Source: Squalus acanthias (lineage: Eukaryota). Taken from it: a stretch of DNA of 64,000 nucleotides. The notes under the pieces are model-generated. The model saw only the letters and a program-made list of their open reading frames with translations, did no database searches and had not been told where the DNA came from. The position numbers and the translations under genes are program-made. Positions 13,745-27,705 of this stretch are shown here, piece after piece. The stretch's first letter is position 1, and each line of letters opens with the position of its first letter. Where the stretch lies: contig CM059432.1 of assembly GCA_030390025.1 (NCBI GenBank), forward strand, positions 41,852,001-41,916,000. Reading direction: 5' to 3'.

Positions 13745-15808
13745 AATTGCTATCAGCCAGAAGTGTCGAGTGAATGATCCATCTCGGCCTCCACCTGAAG
13801 TTCCCTCTATCACAGATTCGAGTCTTCAGTCAATTAGATTCACTCCACGTGATATCAAGAAACGGCTAAGCACACTGGATATAACAAAGGCTATGGGTCC
13901 CGACAACACCCTGACTGTAGTGCTGAAGACCTGTGCTCCAGCTACGTGTACCAATACAGCTACAACACTGGCATCAATCCGACAAAGTGGAAAATAGCCC
14001 AGGTATGTCCTGCCCACAAAATGGAGGACAAATCTAATCTGGCCGATTACCGCCCCATCAGCCTACTCTCAATCATCAGCAAAGTGATGGAAGGTGTCGT
14101 TGACAGTGCGATCAAGTGGCACTTACTAATATCTTGCTCACTGATGCTCAGTTTAGGTTCCGCCAGGACCACTCGGCTGCAGACCTCATTACAGGCTTGA
14201 TCCAGACATGGACAAAAAAGCTAAATTCCAGAGGTGAGGTGAGAGTGACTGCCCTGAGAGTGACTGACATCAAGGCAGCATTTAACCAAGTGTGGCACCA
14301 AGGAGCCCTAGTAAAACTAAAGTCAGTGGGGATCAGGGGGAAAACTCTCCACTGGCTGGAGTCATACCTAGCACAAAGGAAGATGGTTGTTGTTGTTGAG
14401 GGCCAATCATCCCAGCCCCAGAACATCGCTGCAGGAGTTCCTCAGGGCAGTGTCGTAGGCCTAAACATCTTCAGCTGCTTCATTAATCTCCTTCCCTCCA
14501 TTATAAGGTCAGAATAAAAAGAATCACTTGCATTTATATAGCACCTTTCACAACCTCAGGACATCCCAAAGTGCTTTACAGCCAATTAAGTACTTTTGAA
14601 GTGTAGGCACTGTTGTAATGTAAGAAACGCGGCAGCCAATTTTCGCACAGCAAGCTCCCACAAACAGCAATGTGATAATGACCAGGAAATCTGGTTTTAA
14701 TGATTTTTATTGAGGGATAAATATTGGCCCGGACACCAGGGATAACTCCCCTGCTCTTCTTCAAAATAGTGCCATGGGTTCTTTTACATCTACCCGAGAG
14801 GACAGATGGGGCCTCGGTTTATCGTCTCATGAAAGACGACACCCGCGATGGCGCAGCACTGCACTGGAGTGTCAGCCTAGATTTTTTGCTCAAGTCTCTG
14901 GAGTGGGACTTAAACCCACAACCTGCCGACTCAGAGGCAACAGAGCTACCAACTGAGCCACGGCTGACAACTGTGGAGATGTTCGCTGAGGATTGCACAG
15001 TGTTCAGTTACATCCGCAATTCCTCAGATAATGAAGCAGTCAGTGCGCACTTGCAGCAAGACCTCATCAACATCCAGGCTTGGGCTGATAAGTGGTGAGT
15101 AACATTCGTGCCACACAGTGTCAGGCAATGACCATCTCCAACAAGAGAGTCTAATAATCTCCCCTTGACATACTGGGGATCACCATTGACCAGAAACTTA
15201 ACTGAGCCAGCCACAAAAATACTGGTCAGAGGCTGGGTATTCTGTGACAAGTGACTCACCTCCTGACTCCCCAAAGCCATTCCATCACCAACAAGACACA
15301 AATCCCGTGAATGCTTTCCACTTGCCTGGATAAGTGCAGCTCCAACAACACTGAAGATGCTCAACACCATCCAGGATAAAGCAGTCTGCTTGATCAGCAC
15401 CCCATTCACCACCTTAAGCATTTCCTCCCTCCACCACTGGTGCAACGTGGCTGCATGTGTACCATCTACAAATGCACTGCAGCAACTCGCCGAGGCTTCT
15501 TCGACAGCACCTCCCAAATCTGCGACCTCCACCACCTAGAAGGACAAGGGCAGCAGGCCCATGGGAACACCACCACCTCCAAGTTCCACTCCAAGTCACA
15601 CACCATCCTGACTTGGAAATATACCATCGTTCCTTTATTATCACTGGGTCAAAATCCTAGAACTCCCTATCTAACAGCACTGTGGGAGTACTTTTACCAG
15701 TGGTTCAAGTAGGTGGGTCACCACCACCTTCTCAAGGGCAATTAGGGATGGGCAATAAATACTGACCTTGACAGCGATGGCCACCTCCCGTGAATGAATT
15801 TTTAAAAA
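13745..15808 (+). mobile_element. Family A LINE fragment with a nested Deu-SINE (14515-14969, -)
   Basis: RT motifs are interrupted between SIIRSE and MFA.D by a SINE homologous to 55975-56418. Confidence 0.88.
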
Positions 15809-15809
15809 C

Positions 15810-16525
15810 GACCCCCGGGGAACACCACTGTATACTCCCCTCCTGACCAAAAAACAACCATTCACCAGTACACTCTGTTTTCTGTCCCATAGCCAATTTT
15901 ATATCCATGCTGCCACTATCCATTTAATCCAATGGGCTTTAATTTTACTAACAAGTTTTTTATGTGGTACTTTATCAACTTCCTTTTGAAAGTTCATATA
16001 CACAATATCAACCGTACTAACCTCATCAACTCTCTCCATTACTTGATTAACAACAACTTGTATTTATATAGCACATTAATGACGTAAAACGTCCCTAGGC
16101 GCGTCACAGGAGTGTTATCAAACAAAATGGGTTCTGTAGCACCAGGGTGGTGGAATGCAGGGTTTGGTATATTGGACAATCGCTGCGATCAAAGAACTCA
16201 ATCAAGTTCGTCAAACACAATTTCCACCCTTCCTTCCCTCAGTAACCGATGATGCATCCTATTTGGACTGGGTGACTTTTCTGCTTTGAGTACTTCCAAC
16301 CTCCTCTCAATCTATTTTTATCCTATCCAATATCGCTAATAGCTCCTTCTTACAGCTAGATTGGCAGCGTTCTCTTCTCTAGTGAAGACCGATGTGAAGT
16401 ATTCATGTAGAACCTCAGTCATACCCTCTGGCTCCACAATAAGATCTCCTTGTCTGTCCCTCATCGGCCCCACTCTTCTTTTGACTACATTTTCACTATT
16501 TATATGTTGATAAAAGACTTTCTGG
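15810..16525 (-). mobile_element. Degenerate CR1 fragments with small nested pieces
   Basis: Reverse complement resembles 8990-9250 (ggaacaccactgtatac, tgtggtactttatcaa, atcaaagaactcaatcaag). Confidence 0.65.
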
Positions 16526-17837
16526 GGAAGGTGGCATTTTGGAGGTGGAATCTAGGTTTCGTAGCACCAGGGTGGTGGAATGTAGGGTTTGGTTTATTGA
16601 GCGATCGCTGCAATCTGGCAGAAGTGGGGGTGGTGTCATTGGATTTGGTAGCACCAGAGTTAGTTAGCACTGAGGACAGAGAAGAGGGTCCAGTGAAAGC
16701 ACTGTGGGAAGTAACAGGGTTCGTAGCACTGGCGGAGGGGACCTGCCAGGGTCTGTTAGTGCTGGATGGGGGTGTTGATAAGTGTCTGGTAGTATTGGTG
16801 AATTCAAGGGGGTCCGGCATTGTCGGGGGCTCGGATATGAGAGCATGAGGGAGTGGGAGGCCTAACAAAATATGGTCTGACGTTCTCCAGTATAAGTTCG
16901 ATCCCTTCCTGAAGCTCCTTTTTTAACAAAATCTGCTGTTACTGTATTTGCTAACTATGCAGGCAAATAATTATTTAATGCGCTTTTCACTTTTAAAATA
17001 AGCTTCAGGCTGGGACCTGAGCTAATGTCCTGGGATCTAGCCAGGGTATCGGTGCCTGATGACTAGGAATGGGTTAGGCAACATGACAGGTAAGTATAGG
17101 CTGGGAACCTGCAGATGGTGTGGGGAGGTGGGAGGGGTGGGGGAGAGCACAGAAGGTGAAAGAGGAGCACATGCCTGCTCACACACTCTATTTATCTTGA
17201 TCTATGGAGATAACAATAGTGAGATTAAATAAGGTTCTGGGCAACAACGTTTTAAGGTTCGTGGACCCTAATTAGGGGATGCAGTGGAAATTTTGCTAAG
17301 TATTTTCACTCTATGGAAAATGTCAATTTCCCTTTTAAATGTAATAATAGCTACACTGCAAAGTTAATTTTGCAACAGGAAAACAGGCAAAGCCTGACAA
17401 CACTATCTTTTCTGTGATTAATGGACACGGCACTCAAAGAACAAATGTGCACCTGTTAAGCATCAATAGGTCAAAGGAGACACATGATGAAATAATTCTG
17501 TAATCCTGTGTTAACAGTGTTATACACAAACAGGAAGAGGGAAGGATACAAATTACAGATAGCATAATATGTGCTGACCATATCATCACACTGCACCAGC
17601 TACAAACACGCCAGTGAATAGATAATAACAGCTTATTTCAAACATTTGCAAGGAAGGAAAGACTAGTGTGAGGGGAAAGACAGTGAAAGAATTACAGTTT
17701 ATTCTGTAAGTTATTCTCTTTATGCACTATTTACGTTTTGATAACTGTAAGGGAAGATCTGAATTTCCTACTCTAAACACAAATTGACGAATTATACACC
17801 TATTACATTTTGTATCAGGTTTTAAATTTGACATAAT

Positions 17838-18602
17838 GGCCCAAAAATTTGGCCGTTCCCGGGTGAGTACACAGTCCGTACTCACCCGTATTCATTCCCG
17901 AAGTGCCGGTTTCCTGCATGCACTGCGCATGCGCGGGAAACCGGCACTTCCGGTATGGTGAAGGGGGCGGTTCCTAGGTGAACCGCGTGCGCGCTAGAGG
18001 CTGCGCGCACGCAGCACACTTAGATTTTTTTTCAGGATTCAACGCGAGGGTAAGTATGGAAGATTCTACGCTAGTAAAAAGGAGGCGTAAGACCCCTTTT
18101 GAACAAGGTAAGTAGTTAATTAAGTATAATTTTTAATTTTTTTCAACAGGTTTATCTTTTTTAGAGACTTTAAAGAAAGGTAAGTTTATTTTTATAACTT
18201 TTAAAAAGTATTTTAACTTTTTCAAAAATTTAAATTTTTGTTTAAAGTGGTTAATTTATTTAACTATAGTTATTTTATAAATGTGATGGTTTAAAAAAAA
18301 AAATTATTTGAGGTTTAGCTGTTCTTTTGGGGCCGATTTCAATTCACAGATTTGACAGGTCTCCTGTCAAATCTATGAATGAAAGATGGTCTGCTGCCAT
18401 TGGCTCTCCATGGCCCACGTGATCCCAGGGGTCTCATCGCACTAACTGCACCCCTGGAACACGCAAGCACTGCGCGCCGGCTCTTGGGAGAGGCCCGGGA
18501 CCCGAAGTTCCTGTGGGCCAAAAACACAACGGCAGGCGCGGTGGGTAAGAGCGCGCGCGATCCTTACCCCCGCGGCAAGCCGGCCACGCGAATTTCTAGG
18601 CC
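17838..18602. mobile_element. MITE (Harbinger-type), 765 bp
   Basis: TIRs ggcccaaaaatt / aatttctaggcc; 3-bp TSD AAT; GC-rich palindromic ends around an AT-rich core. Confidence 0.8.
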
Positions 18603-18844
18603 AATATATTTTACTGAGAAATTTAGCTTGAACACAAAACCAGAAATTCTGTTTTGTACTCAACTATGTTTTCAGTTACATTAATAGTCGGCAGTTTACT
18701 TCCAATATTATTCTTTTCAAAGGCACAGCACATCAATTAATGTCCTTCTATAATAGTCACAATAAAACATATTCATTTGTATATGTCAGATAAAGATTTG
18801 CATTATTTACATACAAGAACCAAATGTTGATAATGATTACGTAC

Positions 18845-18944
18845 TGGTTTGCTAAAAGGTCTGGACTGGAGAAAGATGGGCCAGTAGCATTGCAGGTCAC
18901 GCAGTCTGCTTCTCTCAATGATATTCCAGTAATAGTCCTTTCCA
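18845..18944 (-). CDS. TMEM67: TMEM67 exon 4
   Basis: ttcttaag acceptor and gtacgt donor; 100 nt; (V)ERTITGISLREADCVTCNATGPSFSSPDLLAN; phases match exons 3 and 5. Confidence 0.92.
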
Positions 18945-19244
18945 CTTAAGAAAATCAAAAACTCCATATTCAGCAATTTTCATTTCAATATACTCTTGAG
19001 TGGTAATGTTTTGAATCATCAATCAAACTGAGTTCATCCAAATGATTTAAAAATGCCTAATTTCTGTCAAAGTTGCAAATCAATAGTTTAAACACACACC
19101 CCAAATACAGTATCCTCGATTAAATACAATACCCCTTCAATGCAATATCCAGAGCTTTAAACAATTTCAATTGTCAGCAGAACACAATAGCTCACTGGTG
19201 TTATATTGAACAACAACTCTTCTCACCAATGCTTTAAATTTGTT

Positions 19245-19590
19245 TTTAAATTCATTCCTGGGATGTGGGCGTCGCTGGCAAGGCCAGCATTTATTGTCCA
19301 TCCCTAATTGCCCTTGAGAAGGTGGTGGTGAGCCGCCTTCTTGAACCGCTACAGTCCATGTGGTGAAGGTACTCTGACAGTGCTGTTAGGGAGGGAGTTC
19401 CAGGATTTTGACCCAGCAACTATGATGAAACGCCGATATACTTCCAAGTCAGGATAGTGTGTGACTTGCAGGTGGTGGTGTTCTCATGCGCCTCTAGGTG
19501 GTAGAGGTTACAGGTTTGGGAGGTGCTGTTGAAGAAGCCTTGGCAAGTTGCTGCAGTGCATCTTGTAGATGGTACACACTGCAGCTGCGC
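19245..19590 (-). mobile_element. Family A LINE 3' tail
   Basis: Reverse complement of the 23630-23950 segment. Confidence 0.85.
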
Positions 19591-19799
19591 AGTGCATCGA
19601 GGACTCCGAAACGGAGCACATTAAACAGTTTAAATGCTCCCAGTTTAAAACTGTCCAATGCTTCCTAATTCTGCTGCTCAACCTCTCTATTCAGTGCATT
19701 GCTCAGCCTCTTAAAGTGCCAATGAGCAAACTGACCATAATCCATTACAGACAGAAAATAATCTGCCATCTCTCTAAAACTTGCATCAGATTTGTTTAT

Positions 19800-20505
19800 C
19801 TTTGGTGTACACGTCCACAGAGCCCTGAAGGTAGCAGGACAAGTAGATAAGGTGGTGAAGAAGGCATACGGGATACTTCCCTTTATTAGTCGAGGCATAG
19901 AATACAAGAGCAGAGGGTTTATGCTTGAATTGCATAAAACACTAGTCAGGCCACAGCTACAGTACTGCGTACAGTTCTGGTCACATTACAGGAAAGATGT
20001 GATTGCACTAGAGAGGGTACAGATGAGATTTACATGGATGTTGCCAGGGCTGGAAAATTGTAGCTATGAGGAAAGATTGGATAGGCTGGGGTTGTTTTTT
20101 TTGGAACAGAGGAGGCGGAGGGGAGACTTAATTAAGGTGTATAAAATTATGAGGGGTCTAGGTAGAGTGGATAGGAAGGACCCATTTCCCTTAGCAGAGA
20201 GGTCAATAACCAGGGGGCATAGATTTAAAGTAATTGGTAGAAGAATAAGAGAGGAGTTGAGGAGAACTTTTTTCATCCAGAGGGTGGTAGGCGTCTGGAA
20301 CTCATTGCCTGAAAGGATGGTAGAGGCAGAAACGCCATCACATTTAAAAAGTACTTGGATATGCACTTGAAGTGTCATAACCTACAAGGCTATGGACCAA
20401 GAGATGGAAAGTGGGTTTAGGCTGGATAACTCTTTTTCGGCCGGCAGACACGATGGGCCGAATGGCCTCCTTCTGTGGCGTAAATTTCTATGATTCTATG
20501 ATTCT
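19800..20505 (+). mobile_element. CR1 LINE 3' end
   Basis: LVRPQLQYCVQFWS and RGDLIKVYKIM motifs; (ATTCTATG)n tail. Confidence 0.9.
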
Positions 20506-20719
20506 TACATAAGCACAGCTGCCATTGTTGCACAATTGTGATTTTGGAGTGAGTGTACTTAGCAGGTGAAGGGCTAGCCATCTTCCAGGTTTAAATATTT
20601 TCTGCAAAGCCTGAAAAGCTGAGAACAATAGGGATTGGATGATTATTGTTAGGTTAGTACCATTTGGATTCAGAAGTCCAGGAATTAATAAGTACAATTA
20701 TAATGGGAAATCAAAGACT

Positions 20720-23700
20720 CGGGAATGGTAGCATAGTGGTTATGTTACTGGACTTGCAATCCAGAGACCTAGACTAATGATCTGGAGACGTGAGTTCAAA
20801 ATCCCACCACGGCAGCTGAAGAATTTAAATTCAGTTAATTAAATAAATCTGGAATAAAAGGCTTATAATGGTAACCATGTCGTAAAAACCCATCTGGTTC
20901 ACTAATATCCTTTAGGGAAGGAAATCTACGATCCTTACCTGGTTTGGCCTGTATATGACTCCAGACCTACAATGTGGTTGACTCTTAACTGCCCTCTGAA
21001 ATGGCCTAACAAGCCACTCAGTTGTAAAAAACTGCTGAGAAAAACAGTAAGAATAAAACCAGACGGACCACCCGGCATTCACCTCAGCACCGGCTACGGA
21101 CATGACAACGGCACACACAGCCCAGTCGACCCTGCAAAGTCCTTCTCACCAACATCTGGGACTTGTGCCAAAAGTGGGAGCGCTGTCCCACAGACTCATC
21201 ATACCTCTCAGCCAAACTCCTCCAGCAGCATCCCTGGGTATGTCCTGTCCCTCCGGCAGGACAGATGCACCAGGGGTGGTGACACAGTGGTATACAGACG
21301 GGAAGGAGTGGCCCTGGGAGAGTCCTCAACACTGACTCCGGGCTTCAGGTCAAGCTTGGGCAAGGAAACCTCCTGCTGATTACCACCTACCGTCCTCCCT
21401 CAGCCGATGAATCAGTACTCCTCCATGTTGAACACCACTTGGAAGAAGTACTGAGAGTAGCAAGGGCATAGAATTTACTCTGGGTGGGGGACTTCAATGT
21501 CCATCACCAAGAGTGGCTCGGTAGCACCACTACTGACCGAGCTGGCCGAGTCCTGAAGGACATAGCTGCCAATCTGGGCCTGCGACATGTGTTGAGGGAA
21601 AAACCTACTTGTTGCAGATGCATCTGTCCATGACAGCATTGGTAGCAGTGACCACTGCACAGTCATTGTGGAGATGAAGGCCCGTCTTCACACTGAGGAT
21701 ACCCTCCATCGTGTTCTGTGGCACTACCGCCGTGCTAAATGGGATAGATCTAGCAGCTCAAAACTGGGCATCCATGAGGTGCTGTGGGGCAGCAGCAGAA
21801 TTGTATTCCACCACAATCTGTAACCTCATGGTCTGGCATATACCTCACTCTACCATTACCATCAAGCCAGGGGGCCTACCATGGTTCAATAAGGAGTGTA
21901 GAATAGCATGCCAGGAGCAGCACCAGGCATACCTAAAAATGCGGTGCCAACCTGGGGAAGCTGCAAAACAGGATTACATGCATGCTAAAAAGCGGAAGCA
22001 GCATGCTATAGACAAAGCTAAGCGATCATACGATCAATGGATCAGATCAAAGCTCTGCAGTCCTGCCACATCCAGTTGTGAATTGTGGTGGACAATTAAA
22101 CAACTAACGGGAGGAGGAGGCTCCAGAATATCGCCATCCTCAATGATGGTGGAGCCCAGCACATGAGTGCAAAAGACAAAGCTGAAGCGTTTGCAACCAT
22201 CTTCAGCCAGAAGTGCCGAGTGGATAATCCATATCGGCCTACTACTGAGGTCCCCAGCACCACAGAAGCTAATCTTCAGCCAATTCGATTCACTCCATGT
22301 GATATCAAGAAACTCCGAAAGCTCGTGATTTCAAATAAAACTGTTGGACTATAACCTGGTGTTGTGCGACTTCTCATTTTTATATCAAGAAACGGCTGAG
22401 CGCACTGGATACAGCAAACAAAGGCTGTGGGCCCCGACAACATCCCGGCTATAGTGCTGAAGACTTGTGCTCCAGAACTAGCCGCACCTCTAGCCAAGCT
22501 GTTCCAGTGCAGCTATAACACTGGCATCTATCTGCCAATGTGGAAAACTGCCCAGGAATGTCCTGTCCACAAAAAGCAGGACAAATCCAATCCAGCCAAT
22601 TACCACCGCATCAGTCTACTCTCAATCATCAGCAAAGTGATGGAAGGTGTCGTCGACAGTGCTATCAAGCAGCACTTACTCACCAATAACCTGCTCACTG
22701 ATGCCCAGTTTGGGTTCCGCCAGGACCACTCGGCTCCAGCCCTCATTACAGCCTTGGTACAAACATGGACAAAAGAGCTGAATTCCAGAGGTGAGGTGAA
22801 AACGACTGCCCTTGACATCAAGGCAGCATTTGACTGAGTGTGGCATCAAGGAGCCCTAGTAAAACTGAAGTCAATGGGAATCGGAGGGGAAACTCTCCAC
22901 GGCTGGAGTCATACCGAGCACAAAGGAAGTTGGTTGTGGTGATTGGACGTCAATCATCACAGCCCCAGGACAACGCTGCAGGAGTTCCTCAGGGCAGTGT
23001 CCTAGGCCCAACCATCTTCAGCTGCTTCATCAATAACCTTCCCTCCATCATAAGGTCAGAAGTGGGGATGTTCGCTGATGACTCCACAGTGTTCAGTGCC
23101 ATTCGCAACTCCTCAGATAATGAAGCAGTTCATGCCCGCATACAGCAAGACCTGGACGACATTCAGGCTTGGACTGATAAGCGGCAGGTAACATTCGCGC
23201 CACACAAGTGCTAGGAAATGACTATCTCCAACAAGCGAGCGTCTAACCATCGACCCTTGACATTCAACGGCATTACCATCGGCAAAGCCCCCACCATCAA
23301 TATCCTGGGGGGGGTCACCATTGACCAGAAACTTAACTGGACCAGCCACATAAATACTGTGGCAACAAGAGCGGGTCAGAGGCTGATTATTCTGCGGCGA
23401 GTGTCTCACCTCCTAACTCCCCAAAGCCTTTCCACCATCTACAAGGCACAAGTCAGAAGTGTGATGGAATACTCTCCACTTGCCTGGATGAGTGCAGCTC
23501 CAACAACACTCAAGAAGCTCGACACCATCCAGGATAAAGCAGCCCGCTTGATTGACACCCCATCCACCACCTTAAATTTTCACTCCCTCCACCACCGGCG
23601 TACCGTGGCTGCAGTGTGTACCATCTACAAGATGCACTGCAGCAACTCGCCAAGGCTTCTTCAGCAGCACCTCCCAAACCCGCAACCTCTACCACCTAGA

Positions 23701-23958
23701 AGGACAAGGGCAGCAGGCGCATGGGAACACCACCACCTCCAAGTTCCCCTCCAAGTCACACACCATCCTGACTTGGAAGTATATCGCCGTTCCTTCATCA
23801 TCGCTGGGTCAAAACCCTGGAACTCCCTCCCTTCACCACACGGACTGCAGCAGTTCAAGAAGGCGGCTCACCACCACCTTCTCAAGGGCAACTAGGGATG
23901 GGCAATAAACGCTGACCTTGCCAGCAACGCCTACATCCCATGAACTAATAAAAAAAAG
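20720..23958 (+). mobile_element. Near full-length family A LINE: tRNA-like head, APE endonuclease, RT, A-tail
   Basis: A-box tagcatagtgg and B-box gagttcaaaatcc at the 5' end; APE motifs YRPP, GDFNVHH and SDH; RT motifs through FADD; A-tail at about 23950; many frameshifts. Confidence 0.85.
22314..22381 (+). mobile_element. 68-bp Penelope 3'-terminal insertion
   Basis: Matches the pseudo-LTR end (tccgaaagct...gcgacttctcattttt); flanked by a 12-bp direct repeat atatcaagaaac (22302-22313 and 22382-22393). Confidence 0.8.
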
Positions 23959-24199
23959 TTTGAATCTCCAGGCATTCAGGTTAACCAGCCATGGATAAAC
24001 CCGGTTTGATTGTATATCATTAACAATAAAACCAAATAAACATTTTCATAGTTTCATCAAAACTAAGGTTAATTCACAGAGCTGAAAAGTATTTTTCTTT
24101 CATGAAGTGCTTTAATAGTACTATATTACCACCCATTTACAACACTGCTGTTTGATAATTCTACAAAGGAAATTTAATTCAGTCAACAAAACACCAATT

Positions 24200-24678
24200 T
24201 AAAAAAAAGTTGATTTATCTAGCACCTTATCATATCTTATAAGCATCCAAGGCACTTCACAGACAATGAATTGCTTTGAAGTGCAATGCCTGTTACGTAG
24301 GCAAATGAGACAGTATTTTTATACACAGCCAAGATTACATTAACAGTAATTAAATAAATAACCCGTTAATTTATTTTGTATCATCTTGGTTAAGATGTTG
24401 CCTTTTGAAGGGAGAAATGTTGGTCAGGACACTGGAAAGATGACCTATTCTTCTTCAAATAGTCACATGAAATCTAACACATCCACCTGAACATACAGAC
24501 AGGGCCTCAGTTTGACATCTCACCAAAAAGACTGGGCTTCTAACAATGCAGCAATATCTCAGTATTCTGCAAATTATTCTCCTTAAGAATTGCTTGTTTT
24601 CAATAATGGCAAGGGGTGATCTGAGTTTCCTTTTCAAAACACAAACCTCAGTATTGCACTTCAGTGTCAAATTAGATT
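24200..24678 (-). mobile_element. Old degenerate Deu-SINE
   Basis: Diverged similarity to 2267-2721 (atccacctga..cagacagggcctcagttt). Confidence 0.6.
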
Positions 24679-25690
24679 ATGATGCGGAGATGCCGGCGTT
24701 GGACTGGGGTGGACAAAAATGAGAAGTCGCACAACACCAGGTTATAGTCCAACAGATTTATTTAAAATTACAAGCTTTCGGAGCTATCCTGCCCCTTCTT
24801 CAGGTAAAGTTACACTGAGTGAATCTACAAAAGTTCACAGAATATAAACACAGATACTACAGAGATACAATCTTTCCTTACATCAAAGACACACCAAGAG
24901 CACAGCCAAGACAATGAGATGTGTCCCAGGGGGTCCAACGTGTCAAATCCTGCTGTCTGTAGCAGATCTCGCTCCATATCCCTTCCTCTCTCTCCGTCCT
25001 TTTTGGGGTTTGTTTTTTGTGTTTGTTTTTTTGTGTTTGTTTTTTAAAAACTGGAAAGACAGAAAACGATGTCAAGTCACGTTCTGTAGCGTGACATGAA
25101 CCCGATATCCCTATTGAGGCCGTCCTCATGAGTGCGGAACTTGGCTATCAGTTTCTGCTCGATGATTTTGCGTTGTCGTGTGTCTCGAAGGTCGCCTTGG
25201 AGAACGCTAACCCGCAGATCCGAGGCTGAATGCCCTTGACTGCTGAAGTGTTCCCCGACTGGGAAGCAACTATCCTGGCTGGCGATTGTTGCGCGGTGTC
25301 CGTTCATACGTTGTCTCAGTGTCTGCATGGTCTCGCCGATGTACCATGCTCTGGGGCATCCTTTCCTGCAACGTATCAGGTAGACAACGTTGGCCGAGTC
25401 ACATGAGTATGTACCATGTACCTGGTGGGTAGTGTCCTCACGTGTGATGACGGTATCTGTGTTCATGATCTGGCATGTCTTGCAGAGGTTGCCGTGGCAG
25501 GGTTGTGTGGTGTCGTGGTCGCTGTTCTCCTGACAGCTGGGTAATTTGCTGCGGACGATGGTACTTTTGAGGTTAGGCGGCTGCTTGAAGGCGAGTAGTG
25601 GAGGTGTGGGGATGGCCTTAGCAAGGTGTTCGTCATCATCGATGACATGTTGAAGGCTGCGAAGAACATGGCGTAGTTTCTCCGCTCCTT
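24679..25690 (-). mobile_element. 5'-truncated Penelope-like retroelement with GIY-YIG endonuclease ORF (25077-25690) and pseudo-LTR
   Basis: Cys/His linker (CHGNLCKTC), NVVYLIRC...WYIGET...LRQRMNGHR and GLNRD motifs; uninterrupted frame of about 200 codons. Confidence 0.9.
24768..24807 (-). ncRNA. Minimal hammerhead-like motif
   Basis: TTAC-CTGAAGA-A-GGGGC-AGGATA-GCTCC-GAAA-GC-TT-GTAA on the minus strand. Confidence 0.6.
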
Positions 25691-27394
25691 TGCCGCACGA
25701 CAACAGAAGAGTGTGGAGGGAGGTGGCTCAGCACGTCTCCTCCAGGATCATGGTGCCCAGGACCCATACTCAATGTCGCAAAAGTTCAACGACCTCACTC
25801 GGGTCGTCAGGGTGTGTGGCTTTTTTTCAATACCTCTCCATCCCTCCATTTCAACCTCACTCTATGGCCAGCAGGTCTAAAAACTCCAATGCCCAACACT
25901 CATCCAACACCTATGGCCCTCTCATGAAACACACACGCACATTCCACACCTTGCATATAGTAAGGGCTATTCAACTATGGGAGGCACATCAGGCAAGACC
26001 ATGGCTGCATACATTAAGGACTATTCAATTGTGGGAGGCACATCAGGCAAGACCATGGCTGTATATTTACTCAGACGCTGTCCTTTTTCTTGCAGGCCAA
26101 GCAATCTCATAATAGGAGACAGCAGCAACGGACGGGTGGAGGGCAGCCTCAGCTGCAACCCCTCAGTGATCTTGAGGCGCATGTCCACAGGATTGTGGCA
26201 AGCCAGGTGATCGGTCCCGTTGCCCCTGGAGAGGCCGACCCCGTTCGGGACAGCAATGGTAAGGTCATCAGCTTTCTCTCCTCTCTCATTCCACTTGTCC
26301 CTCACAACACCAGCCTTTGACACTTTCAATCCAACGTACTAAATCGCTGCACTCCTTCCTCCCTTACTGTCCCCCTGTCCTCACACTAAAGCCACTCTTG
26401 TACCTCCCTGCTTTCAGATGGTGATTCACCAGCTGAGGAGACGGGCCCTCAAGCTGCCAGTGGGAGCAAAGCCGCAGGCGAGGAGGAAGAGGAAGCCGGA
26501 GCATCAGCACCACCCTCTCCCGAGGAAGCCCATGCCCACACTGGGACCACGTCTTCCCTGGAGGGGAGCAGGGGGGAAGGGTCTGATGAGGGTGAAGCTC
26601 CAGGACCCAGTGGGCTGCAGCAACGCACTGTGGCTAGGGAAGCTCTGGGGCCTTCTCCCCGGAGGGAGAGTAGGCCAGCAAGTTCTGCTGCATTGGACGC
26701 AGAGGAGGAGCGGCTCATCGCTGAAATGAACACCCAGGCGGTGGGCATGCACACTCAGCTCATGGGTGCAGTGGGAAGGGTGCCTGATTGCATTGATGCA
26801 CTGGCAAGGAGTCTGGAGCATTACGCTGTAGCACAGGCGGATGCCACGCTAATGCTTAGTGCTGCAATTCAGTCACTGCCTGCCGTGATCCAATCTCAGA
26901 CTGGTCTCATGCAGACTCAGATTAAGGCCACGCAAGCACTGACTGCTGCCATCCTCGATGGTTCGGACACATTTCCCCGGGGCTCTCACTGCGCCGCAGC
27001 AGGCCAGCAATCTGTGCTCCAGCAGTTTGCTCCGGATGCTGAGGTGCTGCCCCGTGGGAGTGCCAGTGTGTCGGTCGAGCAGGGAGTTGCTGTCCTCTCT
27101 CAAGATGACAGCATTCCTGCTGCCACCACTGTCACTTCCCCATTGCACTTGCCACCGCCTGTAGCCCAGGCTGCTGCCGCCCATGCAGAGTTGGTGCAGT
27201 CTGCAGCAGGGCCCTCCAGGCCCAGAGCTGGTCGAGGCCGTCCTTCAAGGGCATCTGTAGTCTCAGCTTCTGACAATCAGCAGCCTTCCACCAGCCTTGC
27301 TGCAGCCACTGGGGCCCCATTACGGAGGAGCAGTAGGGTGGGAAGGGGGGAAGTGCGCAAGGGAAGGAGATCACCCTCGAAGGGCAAAAAGTAG
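25690..27394 (+). CDS. Harbinger Myb/SANT-like partner protein, spliced (about 25690-25811, 26096-26258, 26418-27394), 5'-truncated
   Basis: W.EVA....S...PRT..QCRK-KFNDL (1-nt frameshift), then RRQQQRTGGG. GT-AG introns put exons 2 and 3 in one open frame ending in a basic tail (RKGRRSPSKGKK). Confidence 0.8.
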
Positions 27395-27705
27395 GAGGTG
27401 TGACGAAATGTTGGTCAATTTTTTATTAAAGGCCGAGGTTCGTGTTCAAACTTTGGTTTAGTGTTTTGGACATTATCTCCAGGTTGTGAGAACCAGTTAT
27501 GTTAATGAATGATCTTTTGTGGTTGTTTCTATTAGTTTGTCATGAAGAAATGACACACACAGAGTTTGTAAAATAAAAAAGTTTTTGTATTCAAAATGTA
27601 CAGGTTTGGCCTTTGGAATCATTGCTGCCTTGGCCGGCTTTGGGGTTGCGGGTTGCTTTCATTCATGTTGTTCTCCATGCCAGAAGCCATTACCTCAGTA
27701 GGGGC

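Noticed and set aside
25953..26062. Tandem duplication of about 54 bp as a possible array or CRISPR-like repeat
   Set aside because: Only two adjacent units with no spacers, inside a transposon intron in eukaryotic DNA.
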